From: Chiloscyllium plagiosum
Taxonomy: Eukaryota
Assembly (NCBI RefSeq): GCF_004010195.1
Contig: NC_057718.1
Location: 45,174,007-45,194,006, forward strand
DNA length: 20,000 nt
Reading direction: 5' to 3'
Shown: positions 1 to 10,460 of the stretch, one piece after another
How positions within the stretch are numbered: the stretch's first letter is position 1
Layout of the letters: each line of letters opens with the position of its first letter
Program-made: the position numbers and the translations under genes
The notes under the pieces: model-generated
What the model saw: only the letters and a program-made list of their open reading frames with translations
Databases searched by the model: none
Told to the model about the DNA's origin: nothing

Positions 1-613
1 GTTTCCAATATAAACCGCCGATAAAAACACCTCAAGCCAGAAATTTAACAGAACAAAACGGCCACAGAATGCTCCGAGAACTAATCAATGACGCCCACCA
101 CAGACTCCGAAAATACAACCGGGAAATTGCGTGCCAAAAACCGTTATTCAAACAAGCAACAACTCAAGAATGGACAGATGCGGTAGAATGAGCCATAAAC
201 ACCAAACAACGACAAACACAGATAAAGAAAAATCGGGACCTGAAGAAAAAACTTGACAAGCTCACAAAAAAGGACAAAACCGATAACACAGGGGCATGGA
301 TAAAGAACGTATCAGACCGGACCCTATCAGACACAGAAGAAGCGGTATACTAGTCAAAGGATTAAATTTCAATTACCGAGACGCTGACAAGAAGGATTTC
401 CTAGCGGCATTAGAAACCACATTGAAGGACAACAATCTCATGGAAGAAACACAACAACCTATCAGACAGACAGTTACACCTACTCTGAGCCGAAAAAGGG
501 AAGGAAACAAACTGAACACACAAGAAAAGAAAGCCCTAGAAAACCTCAAAAAAGACAAAAACATTGTTATATTACCTGCAGACAAAGGTCGGCTCACAGT
601 CATCCTGAACAGA

Positions 614-891
614 GCTAAAAATCACACAACACCAGGTTATAGTCCAACAGGTTTAATTGGAAGCACACTAGCTTTCGGAGCGACGCTCCTTCATCAGGTG
701 ATTGTCGCTCCGAAAGCTAGTGTGCTTCCAATTAAACCTGTTGGACTATAACCTGGTGTTGTGTGATTTTTAACTTTGTACACCCCAGTCCAACACTGGT
801 ATCTCCAAACCAAATAAACCTGTTGGACTATAACCTGGTGTTAGGTGATTTTTAACTTTGAACACCCCAGTCCAACACCGGCATCTCCAAA
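614..891. mobile_element. Non-autonomous hammerhead-bearing PLE-derived insertion (family X), fold-back plus partial tandem, nested in the PLE ORF
   Basis: 69-bp inverted arms 616-684 / 704-772; direct repeat ~729-809 / ~812-890; flanks tcatcctgaacaga (600-613) and tcatccagaacaga (892-905). Removing it restores VILNR-RDYIEKANALL in the host ORF. Confidence 0.9.
666..700 (-). ncRNA. Minimal hammerhead ribozyme (family X, intact core)
   Basis: Reverse complement: cac CTGATGA a ggagc-gtc-gctcc GAAA gc TA gtg; stem I cac/gtg, palindromic AGCT stem III region. Confidence 0.85.
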
Positions 892-1549
892 TCATCCAGA
901 ACAGAAGGGACTACATCGAGAAAGCCAATGCACTACTCGTAGACACCAAGACCTACCAAAGGGTGGCGCTAGACTCAACCCCATAATTAGGAAACAAAAT
1001 TACATATCTCCTAAGAAAATTAGACAATTCCGGACAATTAAACAAGACGAAATTCCAGAAAATGAAACCCGACAGGACCAACACCCCACGATTCTACAGA
1101 CTACCCAAAATCCATAAACCAGGAACCCCTCCCCCAGACCTATAGTGTCACTATCCGGAACACCTACTTACAGACTGGCCAAAGAACTACACGCAAGACT
1201 GAAATACCTAGTAGAAGAGTCACAGCACTCCATCCACTCCACCCACGAATTCCTAAAAAACACCAAAATAGAGGAAGACGAAGCAATGATCTCATTCGAC
1301 GTAACAGCACTATTCACCTCCATCAACATCGACCTAGCAAAGGAAAAACTCGCCACACTTTTAGAACAGACCATCACACACAGACCAACCACCATCAATC
1401 ACATTACCAACGAAAACATCATGAAGCTAGTGGACCTGTGCCTCACCACCCACTTCACTTTCAACAACATAGTCTACAAACAAATCAACGGCACAGCCAT
1501 GGGATCTCCGCTATCAGGATTCATAGCAAAAGCGGTAATGCAAAGGTTA

Positions 1550-1619
1550 GAACAAACAGCCCTACCAATCATCAAACCAAAAATGAACAAACAGCCCTAC
1601 CAATCATCAAACCAAAAAT
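1550..1619 (+). repeat. Perfect 35-bp tandem duplication in PLE RT
   Basis: gaacaaacagccctaccaatcatcaaaccaaaaat at 1550-1584 and 1585-1619. Confidence 0.97.
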
Positions 1620-2595
1620 CTGGGTTCGCTACGTAGATGACACCTTTGCCATCACAAAACGAAACAAGATAGAAGAGACATTTAACATCATCAACAACAC
1701 CCTCACAGGCATAAAGTTCACCAAGGAGGAAGAAACTGACAACAAACTCGCATTTCTGGATGTCACCGTAGAAAGAAAGGACAAGGGAGAATTACAAACC
1801 TGCATATACAGAAAACTGACAAACACTGACCAAATACTCAACTACACCAGCAACCACCCCAACACACACAAACGAAGCTGTATCAGAACACTATTCCAAC
1901 GAGCCACCACACACTGCAGCACAGACGAACTTCGAAAAACAGAGAACCACCTATACGACGTATTCAAGAAGAACGGATACTCAAAAACACAGTGCGCAGA
2001 TTCCTCAAGAACAAACCACAACAAGCAGACAAAACACAGCCAGAAACCCTAACCACCTTACCATATATCAAAGAAGTTTCAGAAATGACAGCCAGACTAC
2101 TGAGACCCCTCAGAATCCGAGTAGCACACAAACCCACCAAGACTCTCAAACAAAAACTAACAAACTTAAAAAACCCAGTACAACCCAAGGACAAAACCAA
2201 CGTCATCTATAAAATTCCATGCAAGGAATGTCACAAACACTACATAGGACAAACAGGAAGAAAGTTAGCCACCAGGATACATGAACACCAGCTAGCCACA
2301 AAAAGACACAACCCCCTCTCCTTCGTAGCCCTACACACGGATGAAAAAACCCACCATTTCGACTGGGACAACACATCTATCCTGGGACAGGCTAAGCAAA
2401 GACATGCCAGAGAATTCCTAGAGGCCTGGCACTCCAACCACAACGCCATAAACAAGCATATAGATCTAGAGGTCATCTATCAACCCCTCAGAAAATGAAC
2501 ATGAAATGACATCACCACAAATCCCAGGAACCCCATCCAGGAGAAAGATATAAATAGAAAGCAGGAGACAACAGCTTCGCTTTACTTGGAGGTCG

Positions 2596-2635
2596 CCACT
2601 GATGACGTTACCTAGCCAGGTAATGAAACGTCTGG
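2596..2635 (+). ncRNA. Minimal type I hammerhead ribozyme at the PLE 3' end (intact core)
   Basis: cca CTGATGA c gttacct-agcc-aggtaat GAAA cg TC tgg: stem I cca/tgg, 7-bp stem II, palindromic ACGT in place of stem III, predicted cleavage after GUC at 2632. Confidence 0.88.
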
Positions 2636-3042
2636 ATATATCCTTTTTGCTTGAGGGAGAAAATAGCACAAACCAAAAAGCAATGGGAATTAATGGAGCG
2701 GTCTGAGAGTGAAGAGAAGCAGCACCCACCTGCATGTTTTGTTCTGCAATGAGGAAATAATGATGGCCACTTTGAGAAGATACATTGCTGAGAACCATTG
2801 TTTCCCCACTTCCTCTCAATTCTAGAAACTCGTCCTGCTCTGTCCACTCTCCAGTCATGCTCAATGCCAGATGAAGCTCCATTAGGTTATTCATGCCTCG
2901 AATTTTGTGTATTAGTGATTAAGTCAAGATATACTTCAGTTTTGACACACCACTCTAAAGTATTGAAGTTTTAAACAATTACGGAAAAGCAGCCAAAACT
3001 CAGACATTGCATTAGCAGCGAGAAGAATTCATCCTTTGTTAG

Positions 3043-3166
3043 AGACAAAAAAGTTGCAGATGCTGGAATCAAAGGTAGACATGCAGGAGGCTGGAAGAAC
3101 ACTGCAAGTCAGGCAGCATCAGGAGGTGGAGAAGTCAACATTTTGGGTGTAGCCCTTCTTCAGGAC
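3043..3166 (-). mobile_element. Short PLE-derived repeat (family Y-related) with decayed hammerhead
   Basis: Shares tgcagatgctgga...caggcagcatc with the family Y copies. Reverse complement of 3134-3166: gtc CTGAAGA a ggg-ctaca-ccc AAAA tg TT gac (stem I gtc/gac; GAAA lost). Confidence 0.75.
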
Positions 3167-4489
3167 CATCCAGAACAAAAGATCCAGCAACTAATTATCA
3201 ACTGGTTGCTGATCCCTTTGGATAACATTTGGGTGGGGTGGGTTTACAAGAGAAGATTTTGTAAATTCAATGGTATGAAGGGACATATGATGCTAAGGAA
3301 GCACACACACTGCAGTGTGGAACTAAAAAATGGCACTAATGTCAAAGCATCATTACACAATGATGGATGTTACAAATTTGCCTGTTTTATGTGCTCCCAG
3401 TTGTTTTTAGTTTGCCTGTACACACACCTTTGTAATTGCACGGTCCAGTGCACTTTCTATTCAAACTAAGCCTGTATGAAAACATGATCTTGACAATTGA
3501 GGAGATCCACAAAAATAGGTGCTAATGGAGCCCTTTTTGACCCTTGATCTCAGCGTAATGGCTAACTTTTACGGATCATTCTAGTCCTGCCGCATTCGGC
3601 TAGAAAGTCAGCAATGAGCACACACACCATACAGTTGGCTGTACTTTAGCAATTGATGATCAGAATCAGCATTAATTGCTATACCATAAGACTTCTGCTC
3701 TATCTTGAGGGTAAGTCTTGCTTCAGAGAGCTGGAAGGGTGTTAAACTCTGTAGTTCCAGCAGCATCACAAAACAACAGTGGCCACTGCTGGGACTACAG
3801 GCAGAAACAATGAAGAGGAGCTTGGATTGATAGGTCAATCCAGGCTCTCGCTAGGGCCAGGAAAGCAGTTGCTGGCAAAGAGGGTGGAGGGCCATGATGA
3901 GCGGTCAGATGGACCAAGCAAAAGAAGAAACATAATCTGGAGATGGAGCAGCATTGCCTCTGATGAGCATAGTGCTGGACCAATCCCATTGCAGGTAAAA
4001 TGGCGGTACAGGCAGGATGTGGACTATTAGTTGCCCATTTAAAAACCTCAAAAGCTCCAAGTATGTTCTAGCTGCCACTTCTCTCCCGTCCCTCACAAAA
4101 TATCAGACAACTTAGGAGTAGGTAGCAGGAAGGTCACGCACTGGATTTTACAGCATTCAAACCCACGAATTGATGCATGTAGCATCCAAACCATTCATAT
4201 ATTTAGGATGCGATACATGTAGAAACATAAATAAAGTGATAGAGATGTACAGCACAAATAAAGGCCTTTGGCTACCCTAACTTTGGCATCATTAATCAAG
4301 TCAGGTTGGTAGATGTGGAAAAGCCTGAAGAAATTCATCCCCATGAGTGAACTCCAAGCCACACATATCAGATACAATAGTATATGGAAATTGCATACAT
4401 ACTATCAACTGTTTTGTCTTCAAACTACAATGCAAAGTTTTACTTTAGCGGGTGTTGATTTCAAATAATGCTGAGAGCATTGTTATCAC

Positions 4490-4615
4490 CTGTTGGAAAT
4501 CCTTTTCCTTATCTTTTAACTTCTGTTCCATGTTGCGTCGTGTACTTTCAGCATTTTGTCTGTGACAACTCAATTCATCAGATACCTGCTTCAGCTTTTG
4601 TTCAACCATCAGACA
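4490..4615 (-). CDS. CENPF: CENPF internal coding exon (126 bp; probably human exon 8 equivalent); absent from the ORF track
   Basis: Hand translation: ctgattttgttAG|TGT CTG ATG GTT GAA CAA AAG...TTC CAA CAG|GTgata = CLMVEQKLKQVSDELSCHRQNAESTRRNMEQKLKDKEKDFQQ, matching recalled CENP-F YTALEQKLKKLTEDLSCQRQNAESARCSLEQKIKEKEKEFQE. Phase 0 at both ends. Confidence 0.94.
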
Positions 4616-4984
4616 CTAACAAAATCAGAAACAAATATGGATGTGACTTTTATATTCTGGAATGGATTCTAGTACCAATACAAGCAAGAGCAAATAATTT
4701 AAGAAATGTTTAGATTATGGAATATAATGCATAAAATGTGAAATTGAGGTTTCTTATTTGATTTTATGCTACTTATACCTACAAAGATAGACAAGTTGAT
4801 TTCGCAAAAGTTCTCACAGTTAGAGCTTATATCTTGATCAAATCAGGACATGGAATATTTTGCCTTTTGATTAAATAAATCCTCTGTTCTTAGCTGAAGA
4901 TGGTGGCTGGAATCTTTCTGAGTGGAGGTGGGCTAGCAAAAATAAATAACATGTAATGCAGGTGAAAAACACCATATCTCTCCC

Positions 4985-5456
4985 CCACCCTGAATTTGTA
5001 CTTGCAGAGTTACATTTTACTTTGCTCAAAAACTGCATGAATCCATGCAAGATTCTGTAAATCCATTTTTTAGATTAGAATCAGTCTGACCGTTGTGGCA
5101 CAGACAGTCTCACACAGGGCAGCTCCCACCTTCAATACATTATCTGGGCAAACATGACATCAATTGTTAAAGTTCACTTGAGAATGTAACTTTTTTAAAA
5201 AAAGGTTTTGCGATTTTCATATGAAAGAACTGAAACCAACATGGTCATTCTAAAAGATGAGAGACTTATCAAACAATCCAGGTCTTTTTTCAATATATAA
5301 CTTCAGTTACATCACACTGTAAACTTTTGCGATAAATTCTGTGTCTTACAGTCTTATTCTCCACAACCACCTGATGAAGGAGTAGCGCTCCGAAAGCCAG
5401 TGCTTCCAAATGAACCTGTTAGACTATAACCTAGTGTTGTGTGATTTTTAACTTTG
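4985..5456 (+). mobile_element. Family X PLE-type 3' non-coding fragment with hammerhead at 5368-5402
   Basis: 5368-5456 is homologous to the 614-891 insertion (cacctgatgaaggag...ctccgaaagc..gtgcttccaa..aacctgtt.gactataacct.gtgttgtgtgatttttaactttg). The 5' boundary is approximate. Confidence 0.7.
5368..5402 (+). ncRNA. Minimal hammerhead ribozyme with mutated cleavage-site U (probably inactive)
   Basis: cac CTGATGA a ggag-tagcg-ctcc GAAA gc CA gtg, versus gc TA gtg in the 666-700 copy. Confidence 0.75.
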
Positions 5457-5600
5457 AAGCAAATAAGCATGACAGATAAGAAGGAGAAAAGCTAACTTGG
5501 TAAGATGGGAATAAAATTGAAAAGATAAACTAAAAACAAATACAAAAAGATAAAACAATAAAGAGTAATGTTTAAAACTGATTAATAGTTCAGTAGCTAC

Positions 5601-5698
5601 CTGAAATAACAACAGAAAATGCTGAAAGCACTCAGCCAGTCAGACAGCATCTGTGCAGAGAGAAACAAAGATTTTTGTTTAGATTAATAACCTCTTAG
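5601..5698 (-). mobile_element. Left arm of an old fold-back PLE-derived repeat
   Basis: agaaaatgctgaaagcactcagccagtcagacagcatctgtgcagagagaaa is an inverted homolog of 7153-7204. Confidence 0.65.
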
Positions 5699-5700
5699 AG

Positions 5701-7125
5701 TACTGATTCTCAGCTCCAGGACATCTCTGCAGGACCTCCTTAGGAGTGACCTAAACCCAAGCATCCACAGCTTCTTCATCAATGACCTTCCCTCCATCAT
5801 AAGGTCAGAATGGAGATGTTCACTGATGATTACACAATGCTCAGCACCATTTGTGACTTCTCAGATACTGTTGCAGCCTATGTTCAAATGTAACAAGATC
5901 TGGACAATATGCAGGCTTGGGCAGACAAGTAGCAAGTAACATTTGCGCCACACAAATGCCACGCTATGACCATTATCAATAGGAGACAATCCAACCATCA
6001 CCTTCTGACATTCAATGATGTAACCATCACTAAAATCTATACTAACAATAGCCTGGGAATTAATCGTTGACCATAAACTCAAATGGATTCATCACATAAA
6101 CACAATGGCTACAAGACCAGACCAGAGGCTAGGAATACTGCGGCAAGTAACTAATCTTCTGATTCCCAAAAGCCTGTTCTTCACCCACAAGGCACAAGAC
6201 AGGAATGTGATGTAATACTCCCCACTTGCCTGGGTGAGTGTAGCTCCAACAACGCTCAAGAAGCTTGACACCATCCAGGACAAAGCAGCCCACTTGATTG
6301 GCACTACATCCATAAGCATCCACTTCGTCCACCACTAATGCTCAGTAACATCAGTGTGTATCATCTGCAAGATGCAGTGCAGAAATTCATCAAAGATCCT
6401 CAGACAGCACTTTCCAAACCGATGACCACGTTCATCTAGACGGGCAAGGGCAGTATATACATAGTCGAGCGTGTGTTACTGGAAAAGCACAGCAGGTCAG
6501 GCAGCATCCAAGGAGCAGGAGAATCGACGTTTCGGGCAGGAGCCCTTCCTCTGGAATGGGCTTGGGGAGTACAGTGAGAGAGAGATTCAGTGAGATCTTT
6601 GTTGAGATAGGAGGAGAACTTCTTAAAGGTAGGCATCCTTGGAAGAGGCTTTACGGTCAGGTTAAAATCAACTAGGAGAAAGGGAAGTCTGCAGATGCTG
6701 GATATCAGAGTCGAGAGTGTGTTGCTAGAAAAGCTTAGCACATCAGGCAGCATCCAAGGAGCAGGAGAAACGACGTTTTGGGCTGGAGTCCTTCATCAGG
6801 AATGATTCTTGATGCCTTTCCAGCAACACCTTCTCGACTCTGATCTCCAGCATCTGCAGACCTCACTTTCTCCCAGCATATACATAAGAACACCACTACC
6901 TTCAGGTTCCCCTCCTAACTTGTAAACATATCGCTGTTCCTTCACTGCCACTGGGTATAAATCCTGGCATTCTCTCCCTAACAGCATTGAGGTCTACCTA
7001 CAGCGCACGGAATGCACCAGTTCAAGTAGTCAGCCCATCACTACCTTCTCAAAGGCAACTAGGGACAGGCAATAAATGCTGGCCAGCCAGTGATGCCCAC
7101 ATCCCATAAATCACTACGAAAAAAG
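5701..7125 (+). mobile_element. CR1/L2-supergroup LINE (family A), 5'-truncated RT and 3' tail, interrupted at 6464-6873
   Basis: Degenerate RT (FINDLPSII..MFTDD at ~5776-5831); 3' tail ctagggacaggcaataaatgctggccagccagtgatgcccacatccc is shared with the copies at 13375 and 16965. Confidence 0.88.
6464..6873 (-). mobile_element. Family Y hammerhead/PLE-derived insertion: two tandem pLTR-like units plus an inverted tail
   Basis: Units ~6464-6557 and ~6680-6803, each with a decayed hammerhead; inverted tail 6805-6873; flanks cagtatatacata (6451-6463) and cagcatatacata (6874-6886). Confidence 0.85.
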
Positions 7126-7235
7126 ACAAAGATTCCATACCTGAATTAATTATTTCTCTCTTCACAGATGCTGGCTGACATGCTAAATATTTCCAGCATT
7201 TTCTAATATGATTTCAAATTTCAAACATCCACAGT
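7125..7235 (+). mobile_element. Right arm of the old fold-back PLE-derived repeat
   Basis: tttctctcttcacagatgctggctgacatgctaaatatttccagcattttct is the inverted homolog of 5614-5665. Confidence 0.65.
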
Positions 7236-7794
7236 ACTTTACTAGTTTTTAAAATCAGGAGAAATATATTCCACTAAAAATCAACAAACTAACCAGTAAC
7301 AATATTCTATGGATGAATAAAGACAAAATGAAACTAAGAAAAACACGTTGGGAAATATGATGTATTTATACATTTAATACTTTTTGCAATAAAAACTTTG
7401 ATTTTGCTGTTCTAACTCGAGAGTAATTGTCTCAAACAAATGAACTGCATACTGAAATGACATAGTTTTAAAGAATTCATCCGCTTGTTGCAGTCAAACA
7501 TCAAGTGGTAAAAGGGCAAAACTAGTCTTCCCCTTCTCACCTGGTTATAACAGGATACACTCAGGAATCACTAAAGTAAGCAAATCAGCTTTAGTAGGTT
7601 CATGAGGTAAAGCAACCAAGCACTGGGAAAAAAATTCGCGAAAAAAACTGAAAAGTCAGGGAAGTTAAACTTGAATTCAGGAAAACTTGGAATGCTATAT
7701 ACTGTTCAGGTAATCTTATTATAAAAATGCAAAAGCAGTAGAATCATTGTGTAAAAAGAAAAGTTTAAAAAGTTAATACCAGAATTGGTAAGAG

Positions 7795-8405
7795 TGAGTA
7801 CAGGAGTTGGAAGGTCATGTTGCGGCTGTACGGGACATTAGTTAGGCCAGTGTTGGAATATTGTGTGCAATTCTGGTCTCCTTCCTATTGGAAAGATATT
7901 GTGAAACTTGAAAGGGTTCAGAAAAGATTTACAAGGATGTTGCCAGGGTTGGAGGATTTGAGCTATAGGGAGAGATTGAATAGGCTGGGGCTGTTTTCCC
8001 TGGAGCGTCAGAGGCTGAGGGGTGACCTTATAAAGATTTATAAAATGATGAAGGGCATGGATAGGATAAATAGACAAATTATTTTCCCTAAGGTGAGCCA
8101 ACACATATCCAGAGGGCATAGGTTTAGGTTGAGAGGGGAAAGATAATAAAAGAGACCTAAGAGACCCCAACTCTTTCATACAGAGCGTGGTACGTATGTG
8201 GAATGAGCTGCCAGAGGAAGTGGTGGAGGCTAGTACAATTTCAACATTTAAAAAGCATCTGGATGGTTATATGAATAGGAAGGGTTTGGAGGGATATGGG
8301 CCAGGTGCTGCCAGTTGGGACTAGATTGGGTTGGGATTTCTGGATGGCATGGACGAGTTGGACCAAAGGGTCTGTTTCCATGTTGTAGGTCTTTATAAAT
8401 CTATA
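7795..8405 (+). mobile_element. CR1 LINE 3' fragment (HER1-like, family B)
   Basis: ORF 7817-8146 LYGTLVRPVLEYCVQFWSP..KDIVKLERVQKRFTRMLPGLEDLSYRERLNRLGLFSLE..RLRGDLI is the classic CR1 ORF2 C-terminus. The tail (gttggaccaaagggtctgtttcca) resembles the HE1 SINE tail. Confidence 0.93.
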
Positions 8406-8409
8406 AAAA

Positions 8410-8780
8410 CAGATGAGGAGTGACCTGACAGAGATCATTAATATAATAAAAAGGTTTGATCGGGTAGAAAGAGAAAATGTTTCTAATGCTGAAGAGGTAG
8501 AAAACTAGAGATCAGAAGTACAAGATAATCACTAATAAATACCACAGGGAATTAAGATCCTTCTTTACTCAGAATGGGAAGAATGTGGAATACAATACTA
8601 CAAAGAGCATTTTAGGGAAATATAATTGATTCATTGGAGGGATAGCTAGATAATCTTGTAACAAGAATGAAACTTCCTGATATAGTTAGGAGGAGGAGGA
8701 TGGGACAAGATTCATGCGAGCATGAATGCTGCCATGGGCCAGCTGGATCAAATGCTTGTTCAGTGTAGTACATTCAATGC
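8410..8780 (+). mobile_element. Older, highly decayed CR1 3' fragment (may continue from ~7690-7790)
   Basis: gatgaggagtgacctgacagagatc...ggtttgatcgggtaga...ctttactcaga...gaatgtggaa follows the CR1 RGDL...F.RV...WN pattern. Confidence 0.55.
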
Positions 8781-8967
8781 AACATTCTCATAAGATAAAC
8801 ATAAAAATGGAAAATTATTCAATGTCAAACAAGTAGTGTACATGAAAGAATAATGTATAGTTATTGATTTTAAAAACTGAATAAAATTAAACGAATTAGC
8901 TACATTATAATCATTCTAATTAAAATGACAAATTAGCTTAAAAGTGAATTAATGGATCTTACTGTAC

Positions 8968-9170
8968 CTTTGTACTGGCTTGTTCACACTGTGCAGTTAC
9001 CTTGGTCAATTCATCTCTGGACTTACTGAGTTTTTGTTCTTTCTCTGAAAGATCTACTTTAGCTTTATCAAACTGGAATTGGATTTCATGAAGTTTATTC
9101 AGATGATTTTTGATTTCTTTCTCCTGAGTTTTAAGTCGAAATTCCAGATCAGAAACTTTAGTTTGCAGGT
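8968..9170 (-). CDS. CENPF: CENPF internal coding exon (203 bp; probably human exon 7 equivalent), coiled coil
   Basis: ttttgttttgaAG|AC CTG CAA...GCC AGT ACA AAG|GTacag. G from the previous exon + AC gives Asp in frame. Peptide DLQTKVSDLEFRLKTQEKEIKNHLNKLHEIQFQFDKAKVDLSEKEQKLSKSRDELTKVTAQCEQASTK closely matches recalled CENP-F ELRNKINELELRLQGHEKEMKGQVNKFQELQLQLEKAKVELIEKEKVLNKCRDELVRTTAQYDQASTK. Confidence 0.95.
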
Positions 9171-9654
9171 CTTCAAAACAAAAAGTGCACACCTTTCATC
9201 AACTCTACAAATTAAGTATAACTGCAGTCCAACAATTAATCATTTATTCTGCTTGAAACATTTCAACACTTAAAACTATTTTATTCAAGAGCAATATTAC
9301 AGCTAGTACTAAAACACTTCAGAAAACACAGGGGCATCAGTAGGGTGTACAATAATAGAATGCAGTATATCTCAGGCTATTAGATCCAAAATTTATATTC
9401 AATTTATTATTCTAGCTTGTTGTTCTGATGTGTAAGTCATTATTTTGTAATTGTTCTACAAATGACAAATTTCTGTCAGTCAATACTTTTCACCTTTCAA
9501 ACAAGTATAGGTAATTCAATAAAATGAACCATTGTTGAATTTACTAATTTGACGTCATGTTTTATATGGAATTAGAAATTTAAATAAAAATATTGACAAC
9601 ATTGCGATTTTTAAACTGCTGGCTCATCAGTTATGCTTTCATCCTTATTTTAAT

Positions 9655-10460
9655 AAGTGGCCAACTGTTTGGTAAATGGAAGTATAATGTGGGAAAATGT
9701 AAAATCGTCAATTTTGTATAAAAAAAGCATATTATCAAAATGATGACAGATTGCAGAGCTCTGAGATACAGATGACTCTGGGTGTCCTACTGCTTACACC
9801 ACAGAAAGCTAAAGTGGAAGAAAGCAAATAATTAGGGAAGCTAATGGAATGTTATTTATCATGAGTGGAATTGAATAGAAAAGTAGGGAGGGTACGCTTC
9901 AGTTATGGAGCACTGATGAGACAACATCTGAGCATTGTGTGCAGTATTGATCACCTTATTTAAGATAGGATGTAAGTATGTTGGAAGCAGTTCAGTGGAA
10001 CCTTACTCAACTAATACATATTTTTGTCTTGTGAGGAAAGGTTTGGACAGGCTAGGCTGTATCCTCTGGAGTTTATAAGAGGAAGAGATGACTTAATTGA
10101 AGTAAGAGATCCTGAAGGATTTTGACAGGATAGATGTTGAGAGGATGTGACAGAATCTAGAACTATGGATTGTTGTTTAAAAATTAGGGGTTGTGCATGT
10201 AAAGAGATGAGGCAAAATATTTTCTCACAAAGGCCCATGTGTTTTTGGAACTTACTCTCTGAAAAGGTAATGAAACATTGACGTTTCAGTATTTTAAAGG
10301 TATAAGTAGATAAGCTTATTGCAAGTAAGGGGGCGGAATGGAATCAGATGTTGGTCAATATTCCGACTTATGGTTAAAATCAAATCAGCCATGATCTAAT
10401 TAAATAATGGAGCAGGTTTGAGGGCTGAATGACTTACTCCTGCTCCTTATTCATAACATA
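9655..10460 (+). mobile_element. Decayed CR1 LINE 3' fragment
   Basis: Remnants of W.M.YNVGKC, LE.CVQ.W, RLGLY.LE, RR.DLIE motifs; tail ggagcaggtttgagggctgaatgacttactcctgctcct. Confidence 0.8.

Larger units (their letters stand above)
1..2498 (+). pseudogene. Disrupted PLE reverse transcriptase / GIY-YIG endonuclease ORF
   Basis: In-frame stop near 189, frameshifts near 345 and 1990, an insertion at 614-891 and a 35-bp tandem duplication at 1550-1619 split one ancestral ORF into ORFs 296-751, 1145-1636, 1438-2052 and 1992-2498. Confidence 0.9.
1..2640 (+). mobile_element. Penelope-like retroelement (likely Penelope/Poseidon clade), decayed; 5' end outside the window
   Basis: Stitched ORFs give PLE motifs: WIKNVSDRTLS..E..LVKGLNF, VILPADKG, SFDVTALFTSI, GTAMGSPLS, RYVDDTF, FLDVTV, IYRKLTNTD, then GIY-YIG NVIYKIPCKECHKHYIGQTGRKLATRIHEH. 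No Cys-rich Neptune-type linker is seen. Ends with a hammerhead motif. Confidence 0.95.

Noticed and set aside
729..890. Direct repeats as CRISPR-like array
   Set aside because: Only two adjacent ~80-bp units with no spacers, in eukaryotic retroelement context.
2466..2894. 142-aa minus-strand ORF as next CENPF exon
   Set aside because: No resemblance to the expected CENP-F continuation; half overlaps the PLE 3' end antisense.
3608..4096. Cluster of short ORFs / possible exon or old element
   Set aside because: No recognisable protein motif, termini or TSD that I can support.
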